A model generated the notes under the pieces. The model did no database searches and was not told where the DNA came from. It worked only from the letters and a program-made list of their open reading frames with translations. The translations under genes and the position numbers were made by a program. A DNA stretch of 64,000 bases from a virus, in IMG/VR virus record IMGVR_UViG_3300044695_004134, positions 102,194 through 166,193 of that record. One strand, given 5' to 3'. Shown here in pieces: positions 29,033-36,964 of this stretch. Every line of letters begins with the position of its first letter. Within the stretch, counting starts at the first letter, position 1.

Positions 29033-29804
29033 AAAAGTAAACGATATAAGTTCAAATGCGGCTATTAATGCCTTAAATTGGACTATGACGAATATTATAC
29101 CACAGTACACTGGTTTAACAGTCAATGCGGTTTCATATGAGTACACTGTTGTGAAAAAACAAAGTGACAGTATGATAGTGAATGTACAAAACAAAGACAC
29201 ACGTAGTGATTCATATATTTTCAGAAGCCGTGATGATTGGTCTGGACTGAGGGGAAATAGTATAACAAAGTTAGTTCCGGTTGCCAATATACCTGGTACA
29301 TATTGGGGACCAGGAGAGATAAGCGTGGAGGGTAATGGTGAGGTTAAAAATGCATCAGTAAAATATAAATATATGTATGATACTTGTGCAAATACTAAAA
29401 CCGATCCAAAGTGTCCCGGATATGTACCTCCTACGACCAAAGAAGTTATTGATCCAACGGATGATGATTTGATAAAGAAGACTTTAGCGGATAAAGTATA
29501 CAAAGAAGTTGAAAAGCAAGTTCAATTTGAAATGAGTGAAAAGAAGAAGAAAGAAGAAATTGTTAAGAAAATAATTAAGAATACTTTAATAAGTGAAAAG
29601 GATGCTCAACGACTTTTAGAATTTGAAATGATGAATAACATACCTGGTTATAATTTGTATACCGTGTCTATGCCAGGTGGTGTATATAATGATGTAATAA
29701 AATATCCTGAAAAATATTTACCTGATAACAGGCGTGCAAGAGGTTTGGGATTGGCTCAAGAGAGAATGCATAATACGATGGTAGATAGTCAGTATAATAA
29801 GTAA
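28968..29804 (+). CDS. Exported protein (beta-rich N-terminal domain, CxnDPxCPGY)
   Basis: Signal peptide, RBS AGGAG, TCANTKTDPKCPGY. Confidence 0.68.
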   Translation: MKLRHCLVLVASLVYCSYSYSEKVNDISSNAAINALNWTMTNIIPQYTGLTVNAVSYEYTVVKKQSDSMIVNVQNKDTRSDSYIFRSRDDWSGLRGNSITKLVPVANIPGTYWGPGEISVEGNGEVKNASVKYKYMYDTCANTKTDPKCPGYVPPTTKEVIDPTDDDLIKKTLADKVYKEVEKQVQFEMSEKKKKEEIVKKIIKNTLISEKDAQRLLEFEMMNNIPGYNLYTVSMPGGVYNDVIKYPEKYLPDNRRARGLGLAQERMHNTMVDSQYNK

Positions 29805-29821
29805 AACAAAAAGGGAAAAAT

Positions 29822-30319
29822 ATGATAAAAAAAATCATAGCAATTGGGTTAGCAATGGCTCCATTAATAGGAATGACTGAGAGTGCTATAATTACGGGCA
29901 CTATCACACCTAGATGCGTAATTTATACAGAAACGGCTGGTGTTTACGGCAACCCATCACCAGATGTTTTAAGCACAGCAACTGTTGATGGTGGGGTTCA
30001 ACCAATTATCAGATATGATGTACTCCAATCTGGTTTCTACAAGGCGGTAATCACAGTACCTAATTCGTTCTCATCATCACCTGCATTAACAGATAGTGTT
30101 AGATGGACTGGTTCTGTGGACGTAAGTAGAGTAACCGATGCCGCAATGTCCGCATATTCCACAAACAGGACTGTTTACAACAATACAACCGAAATTACTT
30201 TAAGTGTACCAGGAACAGTTTGGTTTAAAGCGGAATCTAAAGCAGAACATGGCTACAATAAAGCATTTCCAGCAGGAACATATAAGGCTATTGTAAACGC
30301 AGAGTGTATTGCGATATAA
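29822..30319 (+). CDS. Exported fimbrial/pilin-like protein
   Basis: Signal peptide, ITGTITPRC at N-terminus, FPAGTYKAIVNAECI at C-terminus. Confidence 0.55.
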   Translation: MIKKIIAIGLAMAPLIGMTESAIITGTITPRCVIYTETAGVYGNPSPDVLSTATVDGGVQPIIRYDVLQSGFYKAVITVPNSFSSSPALTDSVRWTGSVDVSRVTDAAMSAYSTNRTVYNNTTEITLSVPGTVWFKAESKAEHGYNKAFPAGTYKAIVNAECIAI

Positions 30320-30325
30320 AATTAT

Positions 30326-30700
30326 ATGTTTCGTTATGTTCTTATATTATTAATTGGAATTTCTGGGCATGTAAATGCTCATCAATTCCTTCCAACGTAT
30401 CCAACGTTTGAATATTCTTTTGTTGAAGGTGTTGTACAAACAAAAATGCAACTCTTTAATAAAAGAAAAGAGATAGAATATTATGAATTGAGTGTGTATG
30501 ATGCAGATTGGAAACCACTTTCATATGCAACAGAAAGCAAGATTGTAAAAATACAATTTCTTCAAACTAAAGATGTTATCATTTACATTAAAAAAGAAGA
30601 TTTAAAAAGAATCAAGTACATTTGTTCCGAGTCTAAAATACAAAAAGACAACACTCAGAGCACTGTAATTTCTTCTAGGATCTGCTCAAAGATACAATGA
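30326..30700 (+). CDS. Exported protein, possible pilus-chaperone-like Ig fold
   Basis: Signal peptide, AHQFLPTYP, C-terminal YICS...SRICSK. Confidence 0.5.
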   Translation: MFRYVLILLIGISGHVNAHQFLPTYPTFEYSFVEGVVQTKMQLFNKRKEIEYYELSVYDADWKPLSYATESKIVKIQFLQTKDVIIYIKKEDLKRIKYICSESKIQKDNTQSTVISSRICSKIQ

Positions 30701-31107
30701 AATATTTGATTGGTCTACTTATATTACTGGTAACACAAAACAGTTTTGCTCAAGGAGCATTAAGTTTAGCATTACCTAGTGCTCCTGGTAGCTATCAATC
30801 GGATAGATTTAGGTCAGGTGAATTGGATTGTTCTATGGCTATAGGTTCGGGTACAAACGTAGAGTTTGGAGTTATTGGTGTTATAGGAAATAACACCAAT
30901 CCGTATCAAACAACTATAACAAATTCAATGAATCAGAATGCAAAAGATGTTGGTGTATATGGAAGAATAACCATACCAATTGGTGCACCAAAAGGACGAG
31001 TTGATTGTAATATTCTATATCAACTTGAATTGACTAAAAAGAGAATAGAAATCCAAAAATTGGAAAATGAATTAAATAACTTAAAAGCACTAAAGTTTGA
31101 AAAATGA
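30697..31107 (+). CDS. Exported protein with C-terminal coiled coil
   Basis: Signal peptide, two Cys, GVYGRITIPIG. Confidence 0.62.
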   Translation: MKYLIGLLILLVTQNSFAQGALSLALPSAPGSYQSDRFRSGELDCSMAIGSGTNVEFGVIGVIGNNTNPYQTTITNSMNQNAKDVGVYGRITIPIGAPKGRVDCNILYQLELTKKRIEIQKLENELNNLKALKFEK

Positions 31108-31337
31108 TTATTACACTCGATTTAACCTGGTTTTTTAATTTATTACCTTATTTTATTTTAGGTATTGGAATTGGTATTGCATCTTTTTATATTTTCTATG
31201 ACGACAATTCAATGTCTGAATTAGAACGTAAGAAGCATGATTTGGAAGTGAAAAAAGAATGGCTTCGTATGTTAGCCGAACAGAAAAAAGAAACTTCTAA
31301 ACAGCAAAGATGGAATAACTATGTCAGAAGAAATTAA
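31104..31337 (+). CDS. Small single-TM protein
   Basis: Hydrophobic N-terminal half, charged tail; translationally coupled. Confidence 0.5.
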   Translation: MIITLDLTWFFNLLPYFILGIGIGIASFYIFYDDNSMSELERKKHDLEVKKEWLRMLAEQKKETSKQQRWNNYVRRN

Positions 31338-31941
31338 AAACGTTAACGCTAAGATTGACGAAGCAGAAGCGGCAATGAAAAAGTATGCCAGCAAAGATAC
31401 TGTTATCAGTATTGGTGGCTACGAATTTACACCAGCCAAACTAATGGTGGCGGCAACTATTGTAAGTTCTACATTAGGTGGATTGTATGGTGCTTTTGAA
31501 GTCTATAAGGACTATCAAAGCATGAAGAAAAAGATTGCTGAATACTCCGCACCAGATTTGTCGGAGTTTGATAAGCGTCTAGCCGTCATTGAAGAAAATT
31601 CTGGTAAGACCAGTGACTACACACGTGATATCAAAAATGATTTAAAGAATGATATCCGCCGTAATGAATCTGTGACTGAACAAGTTGAACGTTCAGTTAA
31701 AAATGCTCAACGTGAAACTGAATCTGAAATGCGTGAAATGCGTAAAGCAGTGAGGGAAGATTTGGAACGTGCTAGAACCGAGGCGACCACTATACGAAAA
31801 GATATGGAACAAACTCGAAAAGAAATAAACTCCGAGTTTACTTCCGCACGTAGGGAGATTAATCGAGAAGTTGAAACACTCAAGAGAGAAGTAGACAACA
31901 AGATACAGAAAGCAATTGACAATCCTTTAGCCGGCAAATGA
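31321..31941 (+). CDS. Membrane-anchored long coiled-coil protein
   Basis: TM LMVAATIVSSTLGGLYGAF, heptad-rich body, ends IDNPLAGK. Confidence 0.68.
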   Translation: MSEEIKNVNAKIDEAEAAMKKYASKDTVISIGGYEFTPAKLMVAATIVSSTLGGLYGAFEVYKDYQSMKKKIAEYSAPDLSEFDKRLAVIEENSGKTSDYTRDIKNDLKNDIRRNESVTEQVERSVKNAQRETESEMREMRKAVREDLERARTEATTIRKDMEQTRKEINSEFTSARREINREVETLKREVDNKIQKAIDNPLAGK

Positions 31942-32117
31942 AATACTTAGTGCTACTGTTGTTGATGGTAATTATACCATCATCAGCGGCACGTTATGAA
32001 TGTATCCGTTGGACATGGACCGGTGATGTGTACAATCGAAAGGTTGTTTGTTTGGAATGGCGTCAAGAAGATTGTTCCAAACGACTACACAAACATATAT
32101 GTAAAGGAAACAAATAA
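31938..32117 (+). CDS. Small exported 4-Cys protein (59 aa, not in the ORF track)
   Basis: MKYLVLLLLMVIIPSSAARYECIRWTWTGDVYNRKVVCLEW...; ATGA and TAATG overlaps with its neighbours. Confidence 0.65.
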   Translation: MKYLVLLLLMVIIPSSAARYECIRWTWTGDVYNRKVVCLEWRQEDCSKRLHKHICKGNK

Positions 32118-32611
32118 TGATAGACCCGATAACCGCATTGGCCGGTATACAATCGGCTGTTGCATTAATTAAAAAAGTATCAAAAACTGTTGATGATGTT
32201 TCATCATTGGGTCCAGTTTTAGGTAAATATTTCGATGCTAAAAACAATGCATCAAAAGCTATGGTAACGGCTAAAAATAGTGGTAATAAATCTGCTATGG
32301 CTACAGCAATTGAAATAGAAATGGCTCTACATCAAACAGAACAGTTTGAAAGACAATTACAATTATTATTCATGCAAACAGGTAAGATAGATGTTTGGAA
32401 TAAAATAAAAGCACGTGCATCAGCAATGAATATAGAGTCTGCACACGATGCACGCCGTGAAAAAGAAGCCCAAGAAAGACAAAAAAAGAAAAATGAAGAA
32501 TTGGTGGAAATAATTTTTGCCAGCGTTTTTCTTATTGTTATTCTTATTGGCACATTTTGGGGACTTTACGAACTTATAACCTACTGTAGTCAAGTTCGTT
32601 GTGGTAAATAA
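32117..32611 (+). CDS. Helical protein with C-terminal TM
   Basis: MIDPITALAG..., C-terminal hydrophobic helix. Confidence 0.65.
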   Translation: MIDPITALAGIQSAVALIKKVSKTVDDVSSLGPVLGKYFDAKNNASKAMVTAKNSGNKSAMATAIEIEMALHQTEQFERQLQLLFMQTGKIDVWNKIKARASAMNIESAHDARREKEAQERQKKKNEELVEIIFASVFLIVILIGTFWGLYELITYCSQVRCGK

Positions 32612-32613
32612 AA

Positions 32614-32688
32614 TGGTGCTCCGACTAGGAATTGAACCTAGACTCAATGAATTATGAGTTCACTGCTTTACCATTAAGCTATCGGAGC
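32614..32688 (-). tRNA. tRNA-CAT (Ile2 or Met)
   Basis: Cloverleaf, loop CT-CAT-AA, encoded CCA. Confidence 0.85.
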
Positions 32689-32691
32689 ATT

Positions 32692-32768
32692 TGGTACGGG
32701 TGGTGGGACTTGAACCCACAAAACCCGGATTTTAAGTCCGGTACGTATACCTATTCCATCACACCCGC
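32692..32768 (-). tRNA. tRNA-Leu(TAA), short variable arm
   Basis: CCGGA-CT-TAA-AA-TCCGG, CCA. Confidence 0.85.
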
Positions 32769-32770
32769 AT

Positions 32771-32843
32771 GTCCATTTTGAAACACACCATCTCTACTTA
32801 AAGTTTATCAGTAAACCGACACACGATATGTTTCAAAATGGAC
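32771..32843 (-). ncRNA. Stalk-enclosed small RNA, GUCGGUUUACYGAUAAAC family copy 1
   Basis: 15-bp terminal inverted repeat; core shared with 38257-38309. Confidence 0.55.
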
Positions 32844-32864
32844 ACCTTTCGGTGTCCAAGCCCG

Positions 32865-34304
32865 TTACAGCACTTTGTAACGGTCATCCATGATGGTTTT
32901 AAGCATCACAGTTTCTGGTGTGAAGGTTTCTAGGTCACCAGCAAGGAGTGGCTTAACCACGGCTGGAGAGAAACCAGACACCAGTGCAGTACCAGACTTG
33001 TCAAACTTCACAGGCGCATTGCCATATGAAGCGTTCAAGTTCCAGAATACAACCTTTGGAAGGGTGTAGCCTGCGGCTTCGTACTTTCGTGCGATCATTT
33101 GGATAGCAGAATCATCGTGGTTCACACATTGATTGAACTGCATATCTGACAGAATCAATACCATTTCTGGCATTTCATTCTGTGGAACACCGGCACCTAC
33201 TGCGGTAGCAAGGATTTTTGAAAATGCCTTGTTCAAGTCGGTGCTCATACCCCAATCAGACTTGATCATTTGATCAATCTTTTGGTTGATGTTACCTTTC
33301 AGATGCAACAACTCAGGGTTAGACGAGAAGGTCAAGAATGTATCCTTGAACTTACCGATGTTCTTGTCTGCAAGATACAATCCCAAAGAGACTGCAACTT
33401 CCATACATGACAACTTGCTGTTTGAACCATGGCCACCAGCTGGGGTTGACATAGAACCAGAAACGTCCACCAGAGGTAGGATGTTTCCATCGCCAACGTA
33501 GTTTGGCAGTGCTTCCCATTGCTTTTGGATCAAGTCCATTTCGGTCTTGTCGAACTTCACACCATAGCTGTTGATACGACCCTTCAACACATCGTATGGA
33601 TACACAGCGCCAGCGTTGACTTTTACTTCAACGGTGCGATCTTTTGGATCCTTCATCAGTTCTGCAACGTAAGCCGCATAAGCTGGAGAGTTACGGTTGA
33701 AAGCCTTCTTGTAACGGGAAGCCGCTACGGAAGGAACATGTGAGAAGTTAATGGAATCCCAGTCCTTTGCACACATGTTGGTTTCGACAACCTTGGTCAT
33801 TTCGACCAATGACTTACGGTAGAACTTTGGTGACATTCCGAAGAATGTACGGATTTCTGCCGCAATTGGACCTTGGCGAGGAGTCCACTTAGCCGCAAGA
33901 CCATTCTTTTCACGGAGTGCGTTACCAAGAATAGTGTATGCGACTTCTTTCAGTGCCTTGGTCTTGAAGACAAACAAGTCATCCCAACGACCCAATTCTG
34001 GCACTTTAGCCAACAGAGCCTTAGCGGCTTCTGTATCAGTATTTTCCAGGTACACTAGGATATCACGGAATAACTGACGTTCACCTGCACCGCCACGTGC
34101 ATCACGTAGCCATGCGGCAACACGGAGAGCCAATTCACGGTTTTCTGCCAAGGCAGCCGCAAATGCAGGCTTAATATCTTTTCCACGGGATGCACCCGCA
34201 TTGTAAAACAAATCTACCACCGCATTGGCGGTTGACTTGCGAGCCTTCATACCGTTTTCGGTACGGGCTTCTTGGTTCTTAACAGCTTCGACAAATGTTG
34301 ACAT
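32865..34304 (-). CDS. DUF2828-like TROVE/vWA (Ro60-like) protein
   Basis: RDARGGAGER, GRWDDL, AAKWTPR, FSHVPSVA; vWA MIDAS DVSGSM and LSDMQF; RBS AAGGAG before ATG 34304. Confidence 0.85.
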   Translation of the reverse strand: MSTFVEAVKNQEARTENGMKARKSTANAVVDLFYNAGASRGKDIKPAFAAALAENRELALRVAAWLRDARGGAGERQLFRDILVYLENTDTEAAKALLAKVPELGRWDDLFVFKTKALKEVAYTILGNALREKNGLAAKWTPRQGPIAAEIRTFFGMSPKFYRKSLVEMTKVVETNMCAKDWDSINFSHVPSVAASRYKKAFNRNSPAYAAYVAELMKDPKDRTVEVKVNAGAVYPYDVLKGRINSYGVKFDKTEMDLIQKQWEALPNYVGDGNILPLVDVSGSMSTPAGGHGSNSKLSCMEVAVSLGLYLADKNIGKFKDTFLTFSSNPELLHLKGNINQKIDQMIKSDWGMSTDLNKAFSKILATAVGAGVPQNEMPEMVLILSDMQFNQCVNHDDSAIQMIARKYEAAGYTLPKVVFWNLNASYGNAPVKFDKSGTALVSGFSPAVVKPLLAGDLETFTPETVMLKTIMDDRYKVL

Positions 34305-34322
34305 AATGAACTCCTTTTCAAT

Positions 34323-34441
34323 CAACAGGTTAAACTTTTTGCGGACCATTGTGCTACCATTACACTAGACCCCTAAGGGAGCCGGAATCGAACCGGTCTT
34401 TCGGTTTTATTTGCATTAAAAATTGTTGCGGAACTTAACCT
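34323..34441 (-). ncRNA. Y-RNA-like element 1 with permuted tRNA-like domain
   Basis: Stem AGGTTAA/TTAACCT plus GTTCCGCAA; cargo is T-arm, capped acceptor-like stem, D-arm. Confidence 0.72.
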
Positions 34442-34446
34442 AAAAA

Positions 34447-34555
34447 CAACAGAGTAGTTTGATTGCCTCCGTGGCACATCATCCGAGGGTGTCTTTCGAC
34501 TGGTGGATAATGCTGGAATCGAACCAGCTAGTTTGTGTTTTGCTGAACCTACTCT
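34447..34555 (-). ncRNA. Y-RNA-like element 2 with permuted tRNA-like domain and internal ACCA
   Basis: Stem AGAGTAG/CTACTCT plus GTTCAGCAA; GCTGG-TTCGATT-CCAGC, ATTATCC-ACCA ... GGATGAT. Confidence 0.72.
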
Positions 34556-34570
34556 AAAACTTTCAAAAAA

Positions 34571-34792
34571 TAACAGGATGGTCGGTTTAGTATTAATTGG
34601 TTTGCTCTAACCCCAGTGCTCCTTTCGGTAAAACCCACTGAAACCTGATAGATTACTATCATCTTTTCTGTCTTTCCAGAGTCATTATTTTCTTCGGCTT
34701 CATTGCCTAGCTACGTAATTACACCTTACGGTGGTCCTCCTTTAGTAGCGACTCTTTAGTACGTTAGTATTATTGAGTGCTGAATCCATCCT
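34571..34792 (-). ncRNA. Y-RNA-like element 3 with large multi-hairpin cargo
   Basis: Stem AGGATGG/CCATCCT plus ATTCAGCA; several GNRA-capped hairpins. Confidence 0.65.
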
Positions 34793-34821
34793 AAAAAAAC
34801 TTATATAATCTCCATATAAAG

Positions 34822-34850
34822 ATTATATCACGTTAAGTGTAATTTGGCAA
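34822..34850 (-). promoter_or_regulatory. Sigma70-type promoter for the ncRNA-DUF2828 operon
   Basis: TTGCCA-17-TATAAT with extended TG; upstream TGTTG-N8-CAACA palindrome at 34865-34882. Confidence 0.7.
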
Positions 34851-34882
34851 GGCTTTTTTTGCATTGTTGCCTAAAAACAACA

Positions 34883-34957
34883 TGGTGTCCTCGACAGGAA
34901 TCGAACCTGTATCCCATTCTTAGGAGGAACGTGTTCTATCCATTGAACTACAAGGAC
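34883..34957 (-). tRNA. tRNA-Arg(CCT)
   Basis: Cloverleaf, CT-CCT-AA, CCA. Confidence 0.9.
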
Positions 34958-34959
34958 GG

Positions 34960-35049
34960 TGGAGGAAGAAGGAGGAATTGAACCCCGACCAGCACAAGCC
35001 AGTCTTCCGCTTTCCAGGCGGACGTAGTAACCATACTACTGTATCTTCC
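34960..35049 (-). tRNA. tRNA-Ser(GGA)
   Basis: CT-GGA-AA, long variable arm, CCA. Confidence 0.82.
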
Positions 35050-35050
35050 A

Positions 35051-35127
35051 TGGTGCCTCAGGGGGGATTCGAGCCCCCAAAATCCAGTGTTTGAGACTGG
35101 CACGTATACCGATTCCGTCACCGAGGC
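35051..35127 (-). tRNA. tRNA-Leu(CAA), short variable arm
   Basis: CCAGT-CT-CAA-AC-ACTGG, CCA. Confidence 0.82.
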
Positions 35128-35135
35128 AATAAACT

Positions 35136-35209
35136 TGGTGCTCCCAACAAGAATTGAACTTGTGTTTCACCCTTACCAAGGGTGTGTAATGCCATTATAC
35201 TATGAGAGC
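35136..35209 (-). tRNA. tRNA-Thr(GGT)
   Basis: TT-GGT-AA, CCA. Confidence 0.9.
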
Positions 35210-35219
35210 ATATTAAAAT

Positions 35220-35294
35220 TGGTGGGCTGTCAGAGAATCGAACTCTGTTCTTCCGGTTAAGAGCCGGTTACTTCACCACTTAAGTTTACAACCC
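35220..35294 (-). tRNA. tRNA-Lys(CTT)
   Basis: CT-CTT-AA, CCA. Confidence 0.9.
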
Positions 35295-35401
35295 ATATAA
35301 AAACATATTCGGTCCTAGCTTTCGGTAAAGCATATCTGCTTTTTAGGATAGCCCCTGCGTCCAGTTGCTAGGTATCCATAACCGTGAATATGTTTTTATA
35401 T
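35295..35401 (-). ncRNA. Stalk-enclosed structured RNA
   Basis: ATATAAAAACATATTC/GAATATGTTTTTATAT arms; inner CCTAGC/GCTAGG helix. Confidence 0.55.
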
Positions 35402-35476
35402 GGTGCGTCCTAGAGGGATCGAACCTCTTTCCACGGTGCTTCAAACCGTTGCTATGACCACATCAGCTAAAGACGC
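35401..35476 (-). tRNA. tRNA-Phe(GAA)
   Basis: TT-GAA-GC, CCA. Confidence 0.88.
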
Positions 35477-35525
35477 AAATGACACACTACTTATCACATT
35501 GTACGCCGAGTGTCATGGCGATTAT

Positions 35526-35600
35526 TGGTACCTTGTGACGGGATCGAACCGCCGACCTTCTCCGTGTAAAAGAGTTACTCTACCGCTGAGTTAACAAGGC
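35526..35600 (-). tRNA. tRNA-Val(TAC)
   Basis: TT-TAC-AC, CCA. Confidence 0.9.
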
Positions 35601-35840
35601 TCATTCAAATACCGCAATCACATCATCAATGTGAATACGATATGTTTCGTTTTCAATTTTATATGCTTTGTTCCAGTTAATCAATAGTTCTTCACCAATT
35701 GAAAGTGATTCATCACCAGTTGCAATAACAATTGCACGGTCTGGTTCAATAGAACTTCGTAGAATGATACCACCAGAAGAAACTTTCTCCGGTTCTTTTC
35801 GTTCAACGATTACATTACGATTCAATGGAACATACGTCAT
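35601..35840 (-). CDS. groES: GroES-like co-chaperonin
   Basis: PLNRNVIVER...SSGGIIL...VIATG...DVIAV. Confidence 0.8.
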   Translation of the reverse strand: MTYVPLNRNVIVERKEPEKVSSGGIILRSSIEPDRAIVIATGDESLSIGEELLINWNKAYKIENETYRIHIDDVIAVFE

Positions 35841-35860
35841 AAAATTTCCTTAATAAAAAT

Positions 35861-35935
35861 TGGGGAGAAGTACGGGAATCGAACCCGTGATAGCGGAATC
35901 ACAACCCGCGGTTTTACCACTAAACTAACAACTCC
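35861..35935 (-). tRNA. tRNA-His(GTG)
   Basis: TT-GTG-AT, G-1/C73, CCA. Confidence 0.88.
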
Positions 35936-35943
35936 ATAAAAAC

Positions 35944-36017
35944 TGGAGCGGGTAGAGAGAATCGAACTCTCACGCTAACCTTGGCAAGGTCACAAGCTAC
36001 CATTACATCATACCCGC
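35944..36017 (-). tRNA. tRNA-Gly(GCC)
   Basis: TT-GCC-AA, U73, CCA. Confidence 0.9.
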
Positions 36018-36023
36018 ATCACA

Positions 36024-36509
36024 TTAAGCAACCATTTCTTGTTCTGCAAGAATCCGCTTTAAACGGTCTGCACAGAAAGAAGCGGCTGGTGCATCTGGCT
36101 TTACCATTGGTGTCATGTTACATGTACCTTTGATATAACCAATTGCTTGTTGAACAACACAAGAAGAACCGTGTTCAACAGACTTGTTAAGGTCTAGGTG
36201 AACTTCAACGTGACGGTCTTCCAACACATCTTGCAATTCTTGAAACAGTTCGGATACTTTGTACACTTCTGTCATCAAACGCATTGCTGGCTTGGACTTT
36301 TTGTGGTCATAATCTAATTCACGGTCAACAAATCCGAAGATTTTACATCCGTGACAACCATCGATATGAACAACAACAGCCAAAGCGTAATCTGCATACC
36401 AAACGCCGTTAACACGCATACGTTCGGAGTCCGCACCAAGGTAAACACGTGTGTCTGGTCCTTGGGCCACAATAAAATCTTTTACTTTTTGAATGTCGAA
36501 ATTTCTCAT
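36024..36509 (-). CDS. YkuK/DUF458-like RNase H-fold protein
   Basis: VYLGADS, RLMTEV, EVHLDLN, KPDAPAASFCAD. Confidence 0.78.
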   Translation of the reverse strand: MRNFDIQKVKDFIVAQGPDTRVYLGADSERMRVNGVWYADYALAVVVHIDGCHGCKIFGFVDRELDYDHKKSKPAMRLMTEVYKVSELFQELQDVLEDRHVEVHLDLNKSVEHGSSCVVQQAIGYIKGTCNMTPMVKPDAPAASFCADRLKRILAEQEMVA

Positions 36510-36524
36510 ATCATTTCCTTAAAT

Positions 36525-36600
36525 TGGCATCCCGAGAAGGACTCGAACCTTCAGCCTTTGGTTTTGGAGACCACTGCTCTGCCAATTGAGCTACCGAGAT
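36525..36600 (-). tRNA. tRNA-Trp(CCA)
   Basis: CT-CCA-AA, G73, CCA. Confidence 0.9.
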
Positions 36601-36601
36601 A

Positions 36602-36784
36602 TTATTTTTCATCTACTTTTGTTTCAGATTTGGAATTAACAAGCCTTGCAAACTCCTCATCTTCATTTTTTTGTTCCTCAATCTTTCGCATATCACGACT
36701 AAAGATTGCGTCCCATCTATTTGCCCATTCTTCACACGCAACACTTTTTGGTCTAGGAGAAGAACCTTTTCCACCATCACTCAT
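36602..36784 (-). CDS. Small hypothetical protein
   Basis: AGGAG RBS; GGKGSSPRP...WDAIF. Confidence 0.6.
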   Translation of the reverse strand: MSDGGKGSSPRPKSVACEEWANRWDAIFSRDMRKIEEQKNEDEEFARLVNSKSETKVDEK

Positions 36785-36804
36785 AATTGACTCCTATAAA
36801 AAAT

Positions 36805-36881
36805 TGGTGCGCCCGGTAGGATTCGAACCCACACCTCTCGACTTCGTAGGACGGAACACTTTCCAGTTGTGCTACGGGCGC
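36805..36881 (-). tRNA. tRNA-Arg(ACG)
   Basis: CT-ACG-AA, CCA. Confidence 0.88.
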
Positions 36882-36889
36882 ATAAAATT

Positions 36890-36964
36890 TGGTGGTGCTA
36901 GAAGGTACCGAGCCTTCCTCATCGGCTTATGAAACCGTTACGCATCCGTCTACGTCATAGCACC
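36890..36964 (-). tRNA. tRNA-CAT, atypical T-loop
   Basis: TT-CAT-AA; T-loop CTCGGTA; CCA. Confidence 0.72.

Noticed and set aside
29024-29503. Minus-strand 159-aa ORF in the plus-strand island
   Set aside because: It is antisense to a coupled operon of signal-peptide genes and has no recognisable features.
34305-34349. N-terminal extension of the DUF2828-like ORF given in the track
   Set aside because: It overlaps ncRNA element 1, and the AAGGAG RBS supports ATG at 34304.
34323-34792. CRISPR-like reading of the tandem repeats
   Set aside because: The units are covarying stems enclosing structured inserts of very different length, not identical repeats with uniform spacers, and there are no cas genes.
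34447-34792. Two-piece tmRNA
   Set aside because: The permuted acceptor has no G3:U70 pair, and no tag ORF or pseudoknot region follows the D-like arm. Each element is closed by its own terminal helix.
35479-35516. Small ATGACAC/GTGTCAT hairpin between tRNA-Val and tRNA-Phe
   Set aside because: It is a single short stem with no second copy, which is not enough to call an ncRNA.
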